Of a stretch of DNA of 64,000 nt, positions 17,444 to 26,939 are shown one piece after another. The notes below the pieces were generated by a model, which saw nothing but the letters and a program-made list of their open reading frames with translations, made no database searches and had not been told where the DNA came from. The position numbers and the translations under genes were made by a program. Position 1 is the stretch's first letter. Each line of letters begins with the position of its first letter. This DNA comes from an uncultured Methanomassiliicoccales archaeon (GTDB lineage Archaea; Thermoplasmatota; Thermoplasmata; Methanomassiliicoccales; UBA472), in the NCBI GenBank assembly GCA_963695345.1, contig OY968769.1:1568001-1632000 (forward strand), written 5' to 3'.

Positions 17444-19172
17444 TCAGGCGGGGAAAACCCCTGGCGATTCTATCTTGGCTGGCGTATTGGGTTGGCATTC
17501 CTTCCCCCACTTGCACCGGCCCATGATAACGTCCTTGGACGGTTTTCCTCCCGGTTGCATGGGGAGAACGTCCTCCTCTGGGTCCACGTGGATGTCGATC
17601 AGGATGGGAACGTCCGATTTGAGCCCGGCCAGGAACGCCTCGCGGATCTCAGAGGGTCTCTCCACCTTGATGCCGCCTGCCCCGAAGGCCTTGGCCAGCG
17701 CCACGAAGTCAGGGTTTATGTGGAGGTCTGTTCCGGAATAACGCTTGTCATTGAACAGCTTCTGCCACTGCTTGACCATCCCCAGCCATCCGTTGTTTAG
17801 GAGGCAGATCATGACCGGCAGGTCCTCGTTCATGGCGGTGGCGAACTCATGGAAGTTCATCTGGATGCTCCCATCCCCGGCTATGTTAACGACCTGGTTC
17901 TCCCGGTGCGCGTACTTTACGCCAAGAGAGGCCGGGAATCCGAACCCCATGGTCCCGAAACCGCCGCTGGTGATGAAATGGTGCGCATGCTTGATCTTCA
18001 GCAGGTGGGCCGCCCACATCTGGTTCTGTCCCACCTCAGTGGTGACGTAGGCATGCTCGTTGAGCGCCTTTCCCAGCTCATGCATTACCTTCTGTGGCTT
18101 GATGGGCATCTCACTGATGTCATTGTTGCATTCGCAATGCTCGTGCATCTGCTTCATGCGCAGCGACCAGGCGTTGTCCCCCCTGGCCCGCCCCAGTCCC
18201 TTGATGATCTGCTGCAGACCCTTCTTCGCATCGCCGACCAGCCTGACCTTGGTATGGCTGTTCTTCCCCGCTTCCATCGGGTCGATGTCAAGGTGAATGA
18301 TCTTGACGGCCTCTGGCAGCTCCGACGGCAGACCGGAGGAGCGGTCTGAGAACCGGGTGCCTATGGCGACCATCACGTCGCACTCCAGGAACGCCCTCCT
18401 GGCGATCTCCCGTCCATGCATCCCGATCATGCCCATGCACAGTGGGTGCATCTCCGGGATGATGCCCTTGCCCATCATGGTGGTGGCCACTGGCGCCATG
18501 AGCATCTCCGCCAGTTTCATGACTTCATGACTGGCATTGGCCCACATCGCCCCCCCGCCGACCAGCAGCATCGGTCTTTCCGCGTCCTTAAGCAGCTTGA
18601 CCGCCTCTAGCATGCCGGATAGGTCCTCGAACGGAGCCGGGACCGGGAAATTCCTCCTCCATCGCCGTCTCTGTTATCTGGGCCTTCATGACGTCGGAGG
18701 GAAGGTCGATGTGTACTGGGCCCATTCTGCCGTTGAGCGCGATGGCCCAGCCTCTCTTGATCGCCTCTGGGATCTGCTTCACGTCGAGAAGCCGGAAATT
18801 GTGCTTGGTGACGGGCATCATCAACGAGAAGACGTCCGCCTCCTGGAATGCGTTGTTGCCGATCATGCCGGTGGGCACCTGGCCGGTGAGCACGATCATG
18901 GGGGCGGAATCGGCATAGGCGGTCGCCACCCCGGTGACCAGGTTGGTGGCGCCGGGTCCGGAGGTGGCCAGGCAGACGCCCGGTTTGAGCGTGGCCCGGG
19001 CATAGCCGTCGGCCATGTGAGCGGCGCATTGCTCGTGGCGTACCAGAACGTGGTGTATGCTAGAATCGATCAGGTCATCATAGATGGGCAATGCCTGCCC
19101 TCCGGGATAACCGAACATCACGTCCACGCCCTGCCTTTCGAGCAACGTTAAGACCGCTTTGGAGCCTTTCAT
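17444..19172 (-). CDS. ilvB: Acetolactate synthase large subunit, copy B (one +1 frameshift near 18645)
   Basis: FGYPGG, RHEQCAAHMADGYAR, TSGPGATN, FQEAD, VGQNQMWAA and ThDP motif GDGS..LNN. The frame changes at TTT CCC G GTC. Confidence 0.9.
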
Positions 19173-19202
19173 GAACTAATCTCCCATAATCCAGCAATCA
19201 TC

Positions 19203-19230
19203 GAGGACATCCTTGGAAAAAGGATGCCTC
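19203..19230 (-). promoter_or_regulatory. Hairpin downstream of the ilvB-B leader ORF (candidate attenuator)
   Basis: Minus strand GAGG-CATCCTT tttcc AAGGATG-t-CCTC. Confidence 0.6.
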
Positions 19231-19233
19231 TTT

Positions 19234-19302
19234 TTAAATGACAGTCATCACTACGCTTACACGCAAAATCAAGACGCCAGTCTCGCACGTGATGCCTGAC
19301 AC
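19234..19302 (-). CDS. Putative ilv leader peptide B, 22 aa: MSGITCETGVLILRVSVVMTVI
   Basis: GTG start 23 nt after TATA box TTATATAT (19333-19326). Nine of the last 13 codons are Val/Leu/Ile. It is collinear with the leader of copy A. Confidence 0.75.
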   Translation of the reverse strand: MSGITCETGVLILRVSVVMTVI

Positions 19303-19401
19303 AGTTTATCATGATAGAAGGAAGCATATATAACATTTCTTGAAATGAAATTAAGGTTCCCTGGACGGTGCCGCGTCGGACGTCCAGGTAAGAACATCCA
19401 A

Positions 19402-21135
19402 TCATGATGGGAACACCCTCGGCGCCTCTATCTGACTGGGCGCTTGATATCCGCATTCCTTCGACCAGTTGCATCTGGTCCCTTTGATCGACATCGCTGC
19501 AGCCAACTCCTCCCGGCTGCATCGGCAGGACATCCTCCTCGGGATCTGTATGGATGTCGATGATGATCGGTACCTCGGAATCCAGTCCGCGGCGGAACGC
19601 CTCCGCCAGTTCCGAAGGCCTTTCCACCCGCAGTGCCGTCGGCACCATAGGCTTTTGCCAAGGCGACGAAGTCCGGGTTCAGGCCCATGTCGGTACCCGA
19701 ATATCGCTTGTCGTTAAGCAGCTTCTGCCACTGCTTGACCATGCCCAGCCATCCATTGTTCAGGAGGCAGATCATGACCGGCAGGTCCTCGTTCATGGCG
19801 GTCGCTAGCTCATGGAAGTTCATCTGCAGGCTGCCGTCACCGGCGATGTTGACGACCTGTTCTTCGCGGAATGCGTACTTGACCCCTAGGGACGCGGGCA
19901 GGCCGAAGCCCATCGTCCCGAATCCGCCGGAGCTGATGAAGTGGTGCGGATGCTTGATCTTGAGGAAATGGGCCGCCCACATCTGGTTCTGGCCGACCTC
20001 GGTGGCGACATAGGCCTTTTCATCCAGTGCCCGGGCCAGTTCGAACATGACCTTCTGCGGCCGGATCGGTGTCTCGCCCATGTCCAGGTCGCATTCGCAC
20101 TGTTCGCGCATCTGCTTCATGCGGAGGGACCAGGCGCTCTCTCCCTTGGCCCGGCCCAGTCCCTTGATGATCTGCTGCAGTCCCTTCTTCGCGTCGCCGA
20201 CCAGCCGGACCTTGGTGCGGACGTTCTTGCCCGCCTCCATCGGGTCCACGTCCAGGTGGATGATCTTGACCGTTTCCGGAAGGTCGGAGGACAGGCCGGA
20301 CGAGCGGTCTGAGAACCTGGCACCGATCGCGAACATGACGTCGCACTCCAGGAACGCCCTCCTGGCGATCTCCCGTCCATGCATCCCGATCATGCCCATG
20401 CACAGCGGGTGCATCTCCGGGATGATGCCCTTGCCCATCATGGTGGTGGCCACCGGCGCCATCAGCATCTCCGCCAGCTTGGCCACCTCCGGCCCGGCGT
20501 TCGCCCACATGGCCCCTCCGCCGACCAGCAGCATCGGCCGTTCCGCCGCCTTGAGCAGTTTGACCGCCTCAAGGACCCCGAACAGGTCCTCGAACGGCTC
20601 TGGAACGGAGAACTCCTCATCCAGGGCCGATTCGGTCAACGTTCTCCCTCATGACGTCCGATGGGATGTCGATGTGGACCGGTCCCATCCTGCCGTTCAT
20701 GGCGATGCTGAAGCCGCGTTTGATCGCCTCCGGTATCTGAGCCGCGTCCAGAACTCGGAAGTTGTGCTTGCTGATCGGCATCATCAGCGAGAAGACGTCC
20801 GCCTCCTGGAACGCGTTGTTGCCGATCATGCCGGTGGGCACCTGGCCGGTGAGCACGATCATCGGGGATGAATCGGCATAGGCGGTCGCCACCCCGGTGA
20901 CCAGGTTGGTGGCTCCCGGACCTGACGTGGCCATGCAGACGCCCGGCCTGCCGGTCGCCCGGGCATAGCCGTCGGCCATGTGAGCGGCGCCCTGCTCGTG
21001 GCGTACCAGGACATGGTGTATGCTAGAATCGATCAGGTCATCATAGATCGGGATGGTCTGGGCGCCCGGATATCCGAACATCACGTCCACCCCTTGCTTT
21101 TCCAGCAACGTCAACACCGCTTTGGAGCCTTTCAT
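19402..21135 (-). CDS. ilvB: Acetolactate synthase large subunit, copy A (three +1 frameshifts near 20638, 19635 and 19490)
   Basis: Same motifs as copy B. The rejoined frames end ..RCNWSKECGYQAPSQIEAPRVFPS*, homologous to the copy B C-terminus. Confidence 0.85.
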
Positions 21136-21170
21136 GGACTAACCCTCATTTTCCTGAAATGGTTGGAACA

Positions 21171-21188
21171 TCCTTTTCGAGAAAAGGA
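21171..21188 (-). promoter_or_regulatory. Hairpin downstream of the ilvB-A leader ORF (candidate attenuator)
   Basis: Minus strand TCCTTTT ctcg AAAAGGA, at the position equivalent to the copy B hairpin. Confidence 0.55.
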
Positions 21189-21195
21189 GCCTTTC

Positions 21196-21264
21196 TCACA
21201 ATACGAGCAACACTACGTCTACACGCAAAAGCAGGACGGCGTATCGGCATGTGGTGCTCGACAC
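21196..21264 (-). CDS. Putative ilv leader peptide A, 22 aa: MSSTTCRYAVLLLRVDVVLLVL
   Basis: GTG start 22 nt after TATA box TTAATATAT (21295-21287). Eleven of the last 13 codons are Val/Leu. Confidence 0.75.
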   Translation of the reverse strand: MSSTTCRYAVLLLRVDVVLLVL

Positions 21265-21344
21265 AAAAAGTGACAGGTCTTGGAGCATATATTAACGTTT
21301 CTTGATATTCTCCAAGGGCAGGCCGCCATCCGAAAAACTGTCAA

Positions 21345-21995
21345 ATGATTCATTGCATCCCGTCAGAAAAGAACGGCTTTAATACTCCGAAAAGCCTGCC
21401 ATCAGCGTTGTCGCAGTCTGGTCCTTCCGATGAGATCATCCTTGCGGACCATGACCCGGAATGGTCAAGGTCGTTCGAGGCCGAGGCAAGATTGATAGGG
21501 CGGGCATTGGCCGACCTGAATCCGACGATCATCCATATCGGCAGTACGGCGATTCCCGGGCTTTGCGCCAAACCGATCATTGACATCCTGGTGGGTGTGG
21601 GCGACATGAACGACCGCTCGGTCGTCCCGGGACTGGAGAAGATCGGTTATGCATTCCAACCGGAGGCGGGCGAATCGGACAGGCTCTTCTTCCGAAAGGG
21701 CGTCATACGAACCCACCACGTCCATGTGGTCAGGTTTCGCGGTTGGGCCTTCTGGAGACACGTATTTTTCCGGGACTACCTCGTGGCCCACCCGGCTCTA
21801 TGCTCGCAGTACAGCGATCTGAAACGCAGGAGCGCGGAGCAGTATCGATTCGACCGCGCAGGCTACACCGATTCCAAGTCTGGATTCATCGGGGAGGTGT
21901 TGAGGGCTGCGACACTCAGAGCATTTATTACTGTCACTGAGCAATATGCCCCGGGAGGGGGCTCCCCTCAATTGTGTGAATCCGATGTCCTTTGA
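21345..21995 (+). CDS. GrpB/UPF0157 family nucleotidyltransferase-like protein (start uncertain)
   Basis: HIGSTAIPGLCAKPIIDI, HHVHV, FRDYL and Y..LK..YTDSKSGFI. Confidence 0.9.
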   Translation: MIHCIPSEKNGFNTPKSLPSALSQSGPSDEIILADHDPEWSRSFEAEARLIGRALADLNPTIIHIGSTAIPGLCAKPIIDILVGVGDMNDRSVVPGLEKIGYAFQPEAGESDRLFFRKGVIRTHHVHVVRFRGWAFWRHVFFRDYLVAHPALCSQYSDLKRRSAEQYRFDRAGYTDSKSGFIGEVLRAATLRAFITVTEQYAPGGGSPQLCESDVL

Positions 21996-23259
21996 CGTTA
22001 AGGGTATCTTTGATGCGGCGTCCAAGAGCACGATGCTCAATGACCCACACGTCCTCAGGATGTGGGAGCTGATGAACGACAGGTCATTGTTCTCGATGGC
22101 TCCCGAGAAGTTGGAAAGAATGCGTCTGGCCTGCATCCGGTCCTCCCTCGAGTTCTTCCAGAGAAGAAGCCCTCTGTATTCGAGGATGATGCATGAGGTC
22201 GGTGTTGACCCGAACAATGCGGACCTCAAGGATCTCGCCAGATTGGCGGTTCCCTCGGATGTGCTAAGAGGAAACGGACACCAGGAATTGCTGATCGAGG
22301 GGTATGAGACCGGCGGCCATGTATTGAGTTCGAGCGGGACTTCCCAAAGGGACCCCGTTCGGGTGTACCGCAGCCCCCTGGACCTGGCCATGATGGTCCT
22401 GGGAAACACCGCCGTGCTGGAGTATGTCTATGGCGGTCAGATCGAGCGGGATCAGGGTGTCAGCCTTTTCATGGGCCCGGAGCAGCTCAGCGGGAAACTG
22501 ACTTATGTCATCTTCGTGGAGACGGCCTTGGCCAGAAAGGGGATGGCCATCGTGTGGGGCATGGACATGAACGATGTAACCTCCGGTACCGCCTGGAGCA
22601 GGATGGTCCCGAACCGGGCCAGGATGGCTCGTTTCTTCAAGAGCAGGCTTTCCCCGAAAGGGTTCTTCACCGCACCGATAGGGCTCCATATCATGAACCA
22701 GAGATTCGGTTCTCTGGGCAGTGCGGAGTTGCTCTTCAGCAAGATGCGGTTCGGAGCGCCGCCCATCGATCTGGGGAGGGGAGGGTTCGTCATGACCGGG
22801 GGCGGGATGAAAGATTCCACCGACCTGCCAGAGCTAGACGAGATCATCAGATCGGCCAAACACCTCTTCATCTCCCAGGACGCAGGCGGGAATGCCGTCG
22901 AGACGCCATTCATCGATGGTCTCGGAATGACCGAGGCCGCCACATCCATGATGGACCGGCACGGCATGATGGACAAAGTGCCCCATCCGCTCTCCCAGGT
23001 CTTCCTGATGGATCCCCGGACATTCGAGGTGATCGAAGAGGATGGGAAGGAGGGTCTGTTGGGCATATTCAACCCCTTCATAACCTCGTGGATGGAATGC
23101 ATCTATCCCGGCGACATACTCCGCGCTCATCGGTCAGAAAGATACTACGGGAGGGAATTCGTGTTCGTTCGCCGGGTGCGCGCCTTCGACGCTGCCGGTT
23201 CGACCCGGGCCTGTGGCGGGGAACTGGAGGAGCATATCGAGCGTAACGAGATGGTCTGA
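21985..23259 (+). CDS. LuxE/PaaK-like acyl-protein synthetase
   Basis: Adenylation P-loop LSSSGTS, TGGGMK, DGLGMTE, GLLGIFNP, YPGD and C-terminal RACG with a candidate acylated Cys. Confidence 0.7.
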   Translation: MSFDVKGIFDAASKSTMLNDPHVLRMWELMNDRSLFSMAPEKLERMRLACIRSSLEFFQRRSPLYSRMMHEVGVDPNNADLKDLARLAVPSDVLRGNGHQELLIEGYETGGHVLSSSGTSQRDPVRVYRSPLDLAMMVLGNTAVLEYVYGGQIERDQGVSLFMGPEQLSGKLTYVIFVETALARKGMAIVWGMDMNDVTSGTAWSRMVPNRARMARFFKSRLSPKGFFTAPIGLHIMNQRFGSLGSAELLFSKMRFGAPPIDLGRGGFVMTGGGMKDSTDLPELDEIIRSAKHLFISQDAGGNAVETPFIDGLGMTEAATSMMDRHGMMDKVPHPLSQVFLMDPRTFEVIEEDGKEGLLGIFNPFITSWMECIYPGDILRAHRSERYYGREFVFVRRVRAFDAAGSTRACGGELEEHIERNEMV

Positions 23260-23430
23260 GGCCATTCTAGACATGTCTCTGCTATCCGTTCCTTCCGATA
23301 TTCTTATCCATCAAGACACAAATCACGCGTCGGAACGATTCCCGAAACAAAAGAGCATCTTGGGAACAGGGGCCATTTGAACGGACATCGGTTCGCTGGT
23401 TCTTCTGGAACGTCCAATCGAGGTATTCAC

Positions 23431-24909
23431 ATGGCAATAGAACCATACTCGGGCCAAGAACTGGAAACAAGCACGGAGGCTCCCGGCGGCGTCACGGTCA
23501 AAGTGATCAGCCGAATCGGTATGGACCGCTTTCTGGGATCTTCCCGATATATCCAGGAAAAGCTCACCTCCATACCGATCATGGAACGCATCCATGTCGT
23601 AGGCTTGTTGGGGGAGCGGCTGATGGATCGGATGGACCGGGGTGAGTTCCAAGATCTTATCGTCGACCTTTCCGCTTCCACTGGCTATTCAGAAAGGCTG
23701 CTCGAGGGTGAGCTCGGCTTCGTTCCCTCATTCTTGTCCCCAGAAAACCTGTTGAACAGCTTCAAGAGTTCTCTGATCGGGGCGCCATCGAGCCTGGACG
23801 GTTTCACTAATGTTAACAATAACGAATCGATCTGGCATTTGCCGGCCGGGCCGTCCGTGATCATCAGCTCAGGAAATTCGATCATCCCGACCATGGTGCC
23901 GACGGTGATTTCTCTAGTATCCGGGAACGCCACTTTTCTGAAACCTTCGCTATCCAACTGTAGTGGGGTCGTGGAGATATTCCGTACTCTTGATCGATTG
24001 CCGTTCAGCATCGCCCGGGACGCACTGAGAGAAGCATTGGCCATAAGTTACTATTCGCATGACAGCCCGATGCTGAAGCACGTGTTGGGCCAGGCAAAAG
24101 TGGGAGTGATCAACTTCTGGGGAGGCGGGATGGCCAGGTCATCGATCAAGAAACTGGTGACGGAGAATCCCAACCATCCGCGCTTCTTCGTCAATGGGCC
24201 GATGACCGGGGCCGTCGTGATTGATGCCGAATCCGCCTCGCCCCAAAACGCTGAGGGCCTGGCCTTGAACATCGCCCTGTACGACCAGCAATTGTGTTCT
24301 TCGCCTACGATGGTTATGTTCATCGGTCCAAATGATCAGGCATACGAATTCGCCAAGAAGGTCGCGGCCGGTCTGGAGGATATCGGGTCCACCATGCCGA
24401 TGAAAGAGAACACTATTGATGACTATTCTCTGCATGGTGCATGCAGATATGTTCAGATCAAAGGGTCCAAGGTGCTCAGTTCCGCCGACCGATCGAATCC
24501 CTGGACCATAGTCGTTTCCGATAAGGTAAGTGTCCTGGACGATATGGTCATGAGATTCCCATCCATGGTTTTCCATGGAAGGAAGAGATTCATCGAGATC
24601 GTGGCGGTCGATTCACCCGAAATATGCATAGACCTGCTCGGTTCATTGCCTGCCACAAAGGCGTTCGAGGGCATAGACAAGGTTCAGACGGTAGGCGTCG
24701 CACTGGCCGAAGGGAGATTGGAACATACGATACGCAGGTTGGCTTTGAAGGGCGTCTACCGGTGCATCCCGTTGAGGGGAATGGCCATAAGGTCCGCCGT
24801 CGAACCCTATGACGGCACCGGATTGCCCGCTCTATTCACTTACACCTCGTACTTGAGGAAAAAGGACATTTTTCCCAATGGTCAGGTCAATGAAATCCTT
24901 CAGGTGTGA
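23431..24909 (+). CDS. LuxC-like acyl-CoA reductase
   Basis: IISSGN, LVSGNATFLKPS, FWGG, NGP, IALYDQQLCSSP (catalytic Cys), QTVG and C-terminal YDG. Confidence 0.82.
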   Translation: MAIEPYSGQELETSTEAPGGVTVKVISRIGMDRFLGSSRYIQEKLTSIPIMERIHVVGLLGERLMDRMDRGEFQDLIVDLSASTGYSERLLEGELGFVPSFLSPENLLNSFKSSLIGAPSSLDGFTNVNNNESIWHLPAGPSVIISSGNSIIPTMVPTVISLVSGNATFLKPSLSNCSGVVEIFRTLDRLPFSIARDALREALAISYYSHDSPMLKHVLGQAKVGVINFWGGGMARSSIKKLVTENPNHPRFFVNGPMTGAVVIDAESASPQNAEGLALNIALYDQQLCSSPTMVMFIGPNDQAYEFAKKVAAGLEDIGSTMPMKENTIDDYSLHGACRYVQIKGSKVLSSADRSNPWTIVVSDKVSVLDDMVMRFPSMVFHGRKRFIEIVAVDSPEICIDLLGSLPATKAFEGIDKVQTVGVALAEGRLEHTIRRLALKGVYRCIPLRGMAIRSAVEPYDGTGLPALFTYTSYLRKKDIFPNGQVNEILQV

Positions 24910-25081
24910 GGTCGATCGGTGGTCGGATAATTCTTCATTGACCCAATCTAAACAGATACCTCCGATGAAATTCTCTTCCAGCATTAAGGAATATGAATTC
25001 GGTCCCAATACTCGATATATTTATGTCTGAATTCGACGAATGCTGGTTTCGGCACCGGAACAAGGTGTTTGGGGGAATGAA

Positions 25082-25339
25082 TTGGCACAAGATATGGCTT
25101 TTAGGATTCAGGTAATGGATACGATAGCAGCCCTTATGACCGCGGCATTCGGATTGATCGCTGCACTGGCATGGAATGAAGCTATCAAATGGGCCGTGGA
25201 CCAAGTATTCACGAGCAGTCCCGGTGTTGGACTATTCATCTATGCGATACTGGTCACCATCCTGGCGGTTGTGGCTGTCCTGTTGATCGGAAGGTCGATA
25301 GCAAAGCTAAAAGGAAAGGTCGCCCCAGAAAAGAAGTGA
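25082..25339 (+). CDS. Small two-TM membrane protein (DUF5654-like)
   Basis: MTAAFGLIAALAWNEAIK..YAILVTILAV. Confidence 0.8.
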   Translation: MAQDMAFRIQVMDTIAALMTAAFGLIAALAWNEAIKWAVDQVFTSSPGVGLFIYAILVTILAVVAVLLIGRSIAKLKGKVAPEKK

Positions 25340-25557
25340 CCTATCAAATCAAATCCTTTCCTCTTTTTCTCATCTTTTGATTGAACCAGCGACCTTCTCA
25401 AGAATTCTATCTTTCTTCACCTCATTAAGTCCGAACTCCAATCAATGGTCATGAACTCAATCTCGTTCTCCCGGGACGCGCGATATACAAGGCAGATTTC
25501 CCTCCTTCCTACCGCAAACCAAAAATCCCTCCTATGCTTGAGCTGTGGTGGTGTCAA

Positions 25558-25863
25558 ATGATTTACCTTTCAATAATTAGCCTGATCATAGGCGGGGTCC
25601 TGATCCTCATCGGAGCGGCCACTCGCAAAGGCTCGGAGATATTGATCAAGTTCAACCAGGAGAAGATCGCTGACCTGGAAATGGCCCATCGCTACATAGG
25701 CAACAACATCATGGTCCTGGGGTTCATCGGCGTGATAGCCGGAGGTGCCACCTTGGCGAACGGGGAGGACAATTTCCTGGTCTTCCTGGCCTACTTGGGT
25801 TTCATAGCCCTGTTCATTCCATTGCTCAAGGTTGGTCTGAAGTACTTCGAGACGAAGATTTGA
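25558..25863 (+). CDS. Small three-TM hypothetical membrane protein
   Basis: Three hydrophobic segments; GGTG RBS-like element upstream. Confidence 0.65.
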   Translation: MIYLSIISLIIGGVLILIGAATRKGSEILIKFNQEKIADLEMAHRYIGNNIMVLGFIGVIAGGATLANGEDNFLVFLAYLGFIALFIPLLKVGLKYFETKI

Positions 25864-25910
25864 GTGTCACCGCAAGGGTGATAAAAGATGACTGGGATGC
25901 AGGGACGTAG

Positions 25911-26936
25911 GTGGATCGAGTGAAAGTCAAGGTCGGTGTCAATGGATATGGTACGATCGGCAAGCGGGTAGCCTGGGCAGTCTCCAAGCAGGATGACATG
26001 GAGATCGTGGGGGTCACGAAGACCCGGCCCAGCTTTGAGGCTGATATAGCCGTCAGGGAAGGCCATCCGCTCTATGCCGCCTGCCAGGACGATGTTGCTA
26101 ACTTTGAGAAGGAAGGATACAAGGTCAACGGGACACTTGACGACCTCATGGGGAAGGTGGACATCATGGTCGACACCACTCCCGGCGGGATCGCCGAGAA
26201 CTACAAGAAGAAATACGAGGCGGCCGGGATCAAGGCGATCTTCCAGGGAGGGGAGGAGCATGGTCTGGCGGGCATCTCCTTCAATGCGTTGGCCAACTAT
26301 CACGAGGCATGGGGGGCCAAGTTCGCCCGGGTGGTTTCCTGCAACACCACCGGGCTGGTGCGCACCCTGTTCCCATTGGACCGCGCGTTCGGTGTTGACC
26401 GGGTGACCGCCTCGCTGATACGCAGAGGGGCGGACCCCGCGGACAAGAAAGGGGCCATGCTCAATTCCATCGAGCCATCGCTCAAGTTGCCGACACATCA
26501 CGGGCCGGATGTCCAGACGATCATGCCATGGATCAAGATCACCACCATGGCGGTGGTCACGCCCACGACCCTGATGCATGTTCACTGCATCGCAGCGGAG
26601 CTGAAGAAGAAGGTTAAGGAATCCGATGTCATCGATATCTGGAACTCCGCCCCCAGAGTCAAGCTGGTCTCCGGCAAGGACGGCATCAGATCCACCGGAC
26701 AGATAATGGAACTGGCGAAGGACCTGGGGCGCCCCCGCAGCGATTTCAACGAGATCATTGTCTGGAAGGACGGTATCAAGGTAGTGGAGAACACCCTTTA
26801 CTACTACCAGGCGGTCCATCAGGAAAGCGATGTCGTTCCGGAGAATGTCGACTGTATCCGTGCCATGATGAAACTTGAGAACGATCCCATGCGTTCCATC
26901 CACATGACGGATAAGGCGATCGGAATCGGTAAGTAA
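25911..26936 (+). CDS. gap: Archaeal (class II) phosphorylating glyceraldehyde-3-phosphate dehydrogenase
   Basis: VNGYGTIGKRVA, FQGGE, RVVSCNTTGL, HHGPDV and QAVHQESDVVPENVD. Confidence 0.97.
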   Translation: MDRVKVKVGVNGYGTIGKRVAWAVSKQDDMEIVGVTKTRPSFEADIAVREGHPLYAACQDDVANFEKEGYKVNGTLDDLMGKVDIMVDTTPGGIAENYKKKYEAAGIKAIFQGGEEHGLAGISFNALANYHEAWGAKFARVVSCNTTGLVRTLFPLDRAFGVDRVTASLIRRGADPADKKGAMLNSIEPSLKLPTHHGPDVQTIMPWIKITTMAVVTPTTLMHVHCIAAELKKKVKESDVIDIWNSAPRVKLVSGKDGIRSTGQIMELAKDLGRPRSDFNEIIVWKDGIKVVENTLYYYQAVHQESDVVPENVDCIRAMMKLENDPMRSIHMTDKAIGIGK

Positions 26937-26939
26937 ACT

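Noticed and set aside
19169-19648. 159-aa ORF bridging the two ilvB copies
   Set aside because: Its N-terminal third is the frameshifted ilvB-A tail. The rest runs through the promoter and leader in a frame that is not conserved in the other copy.
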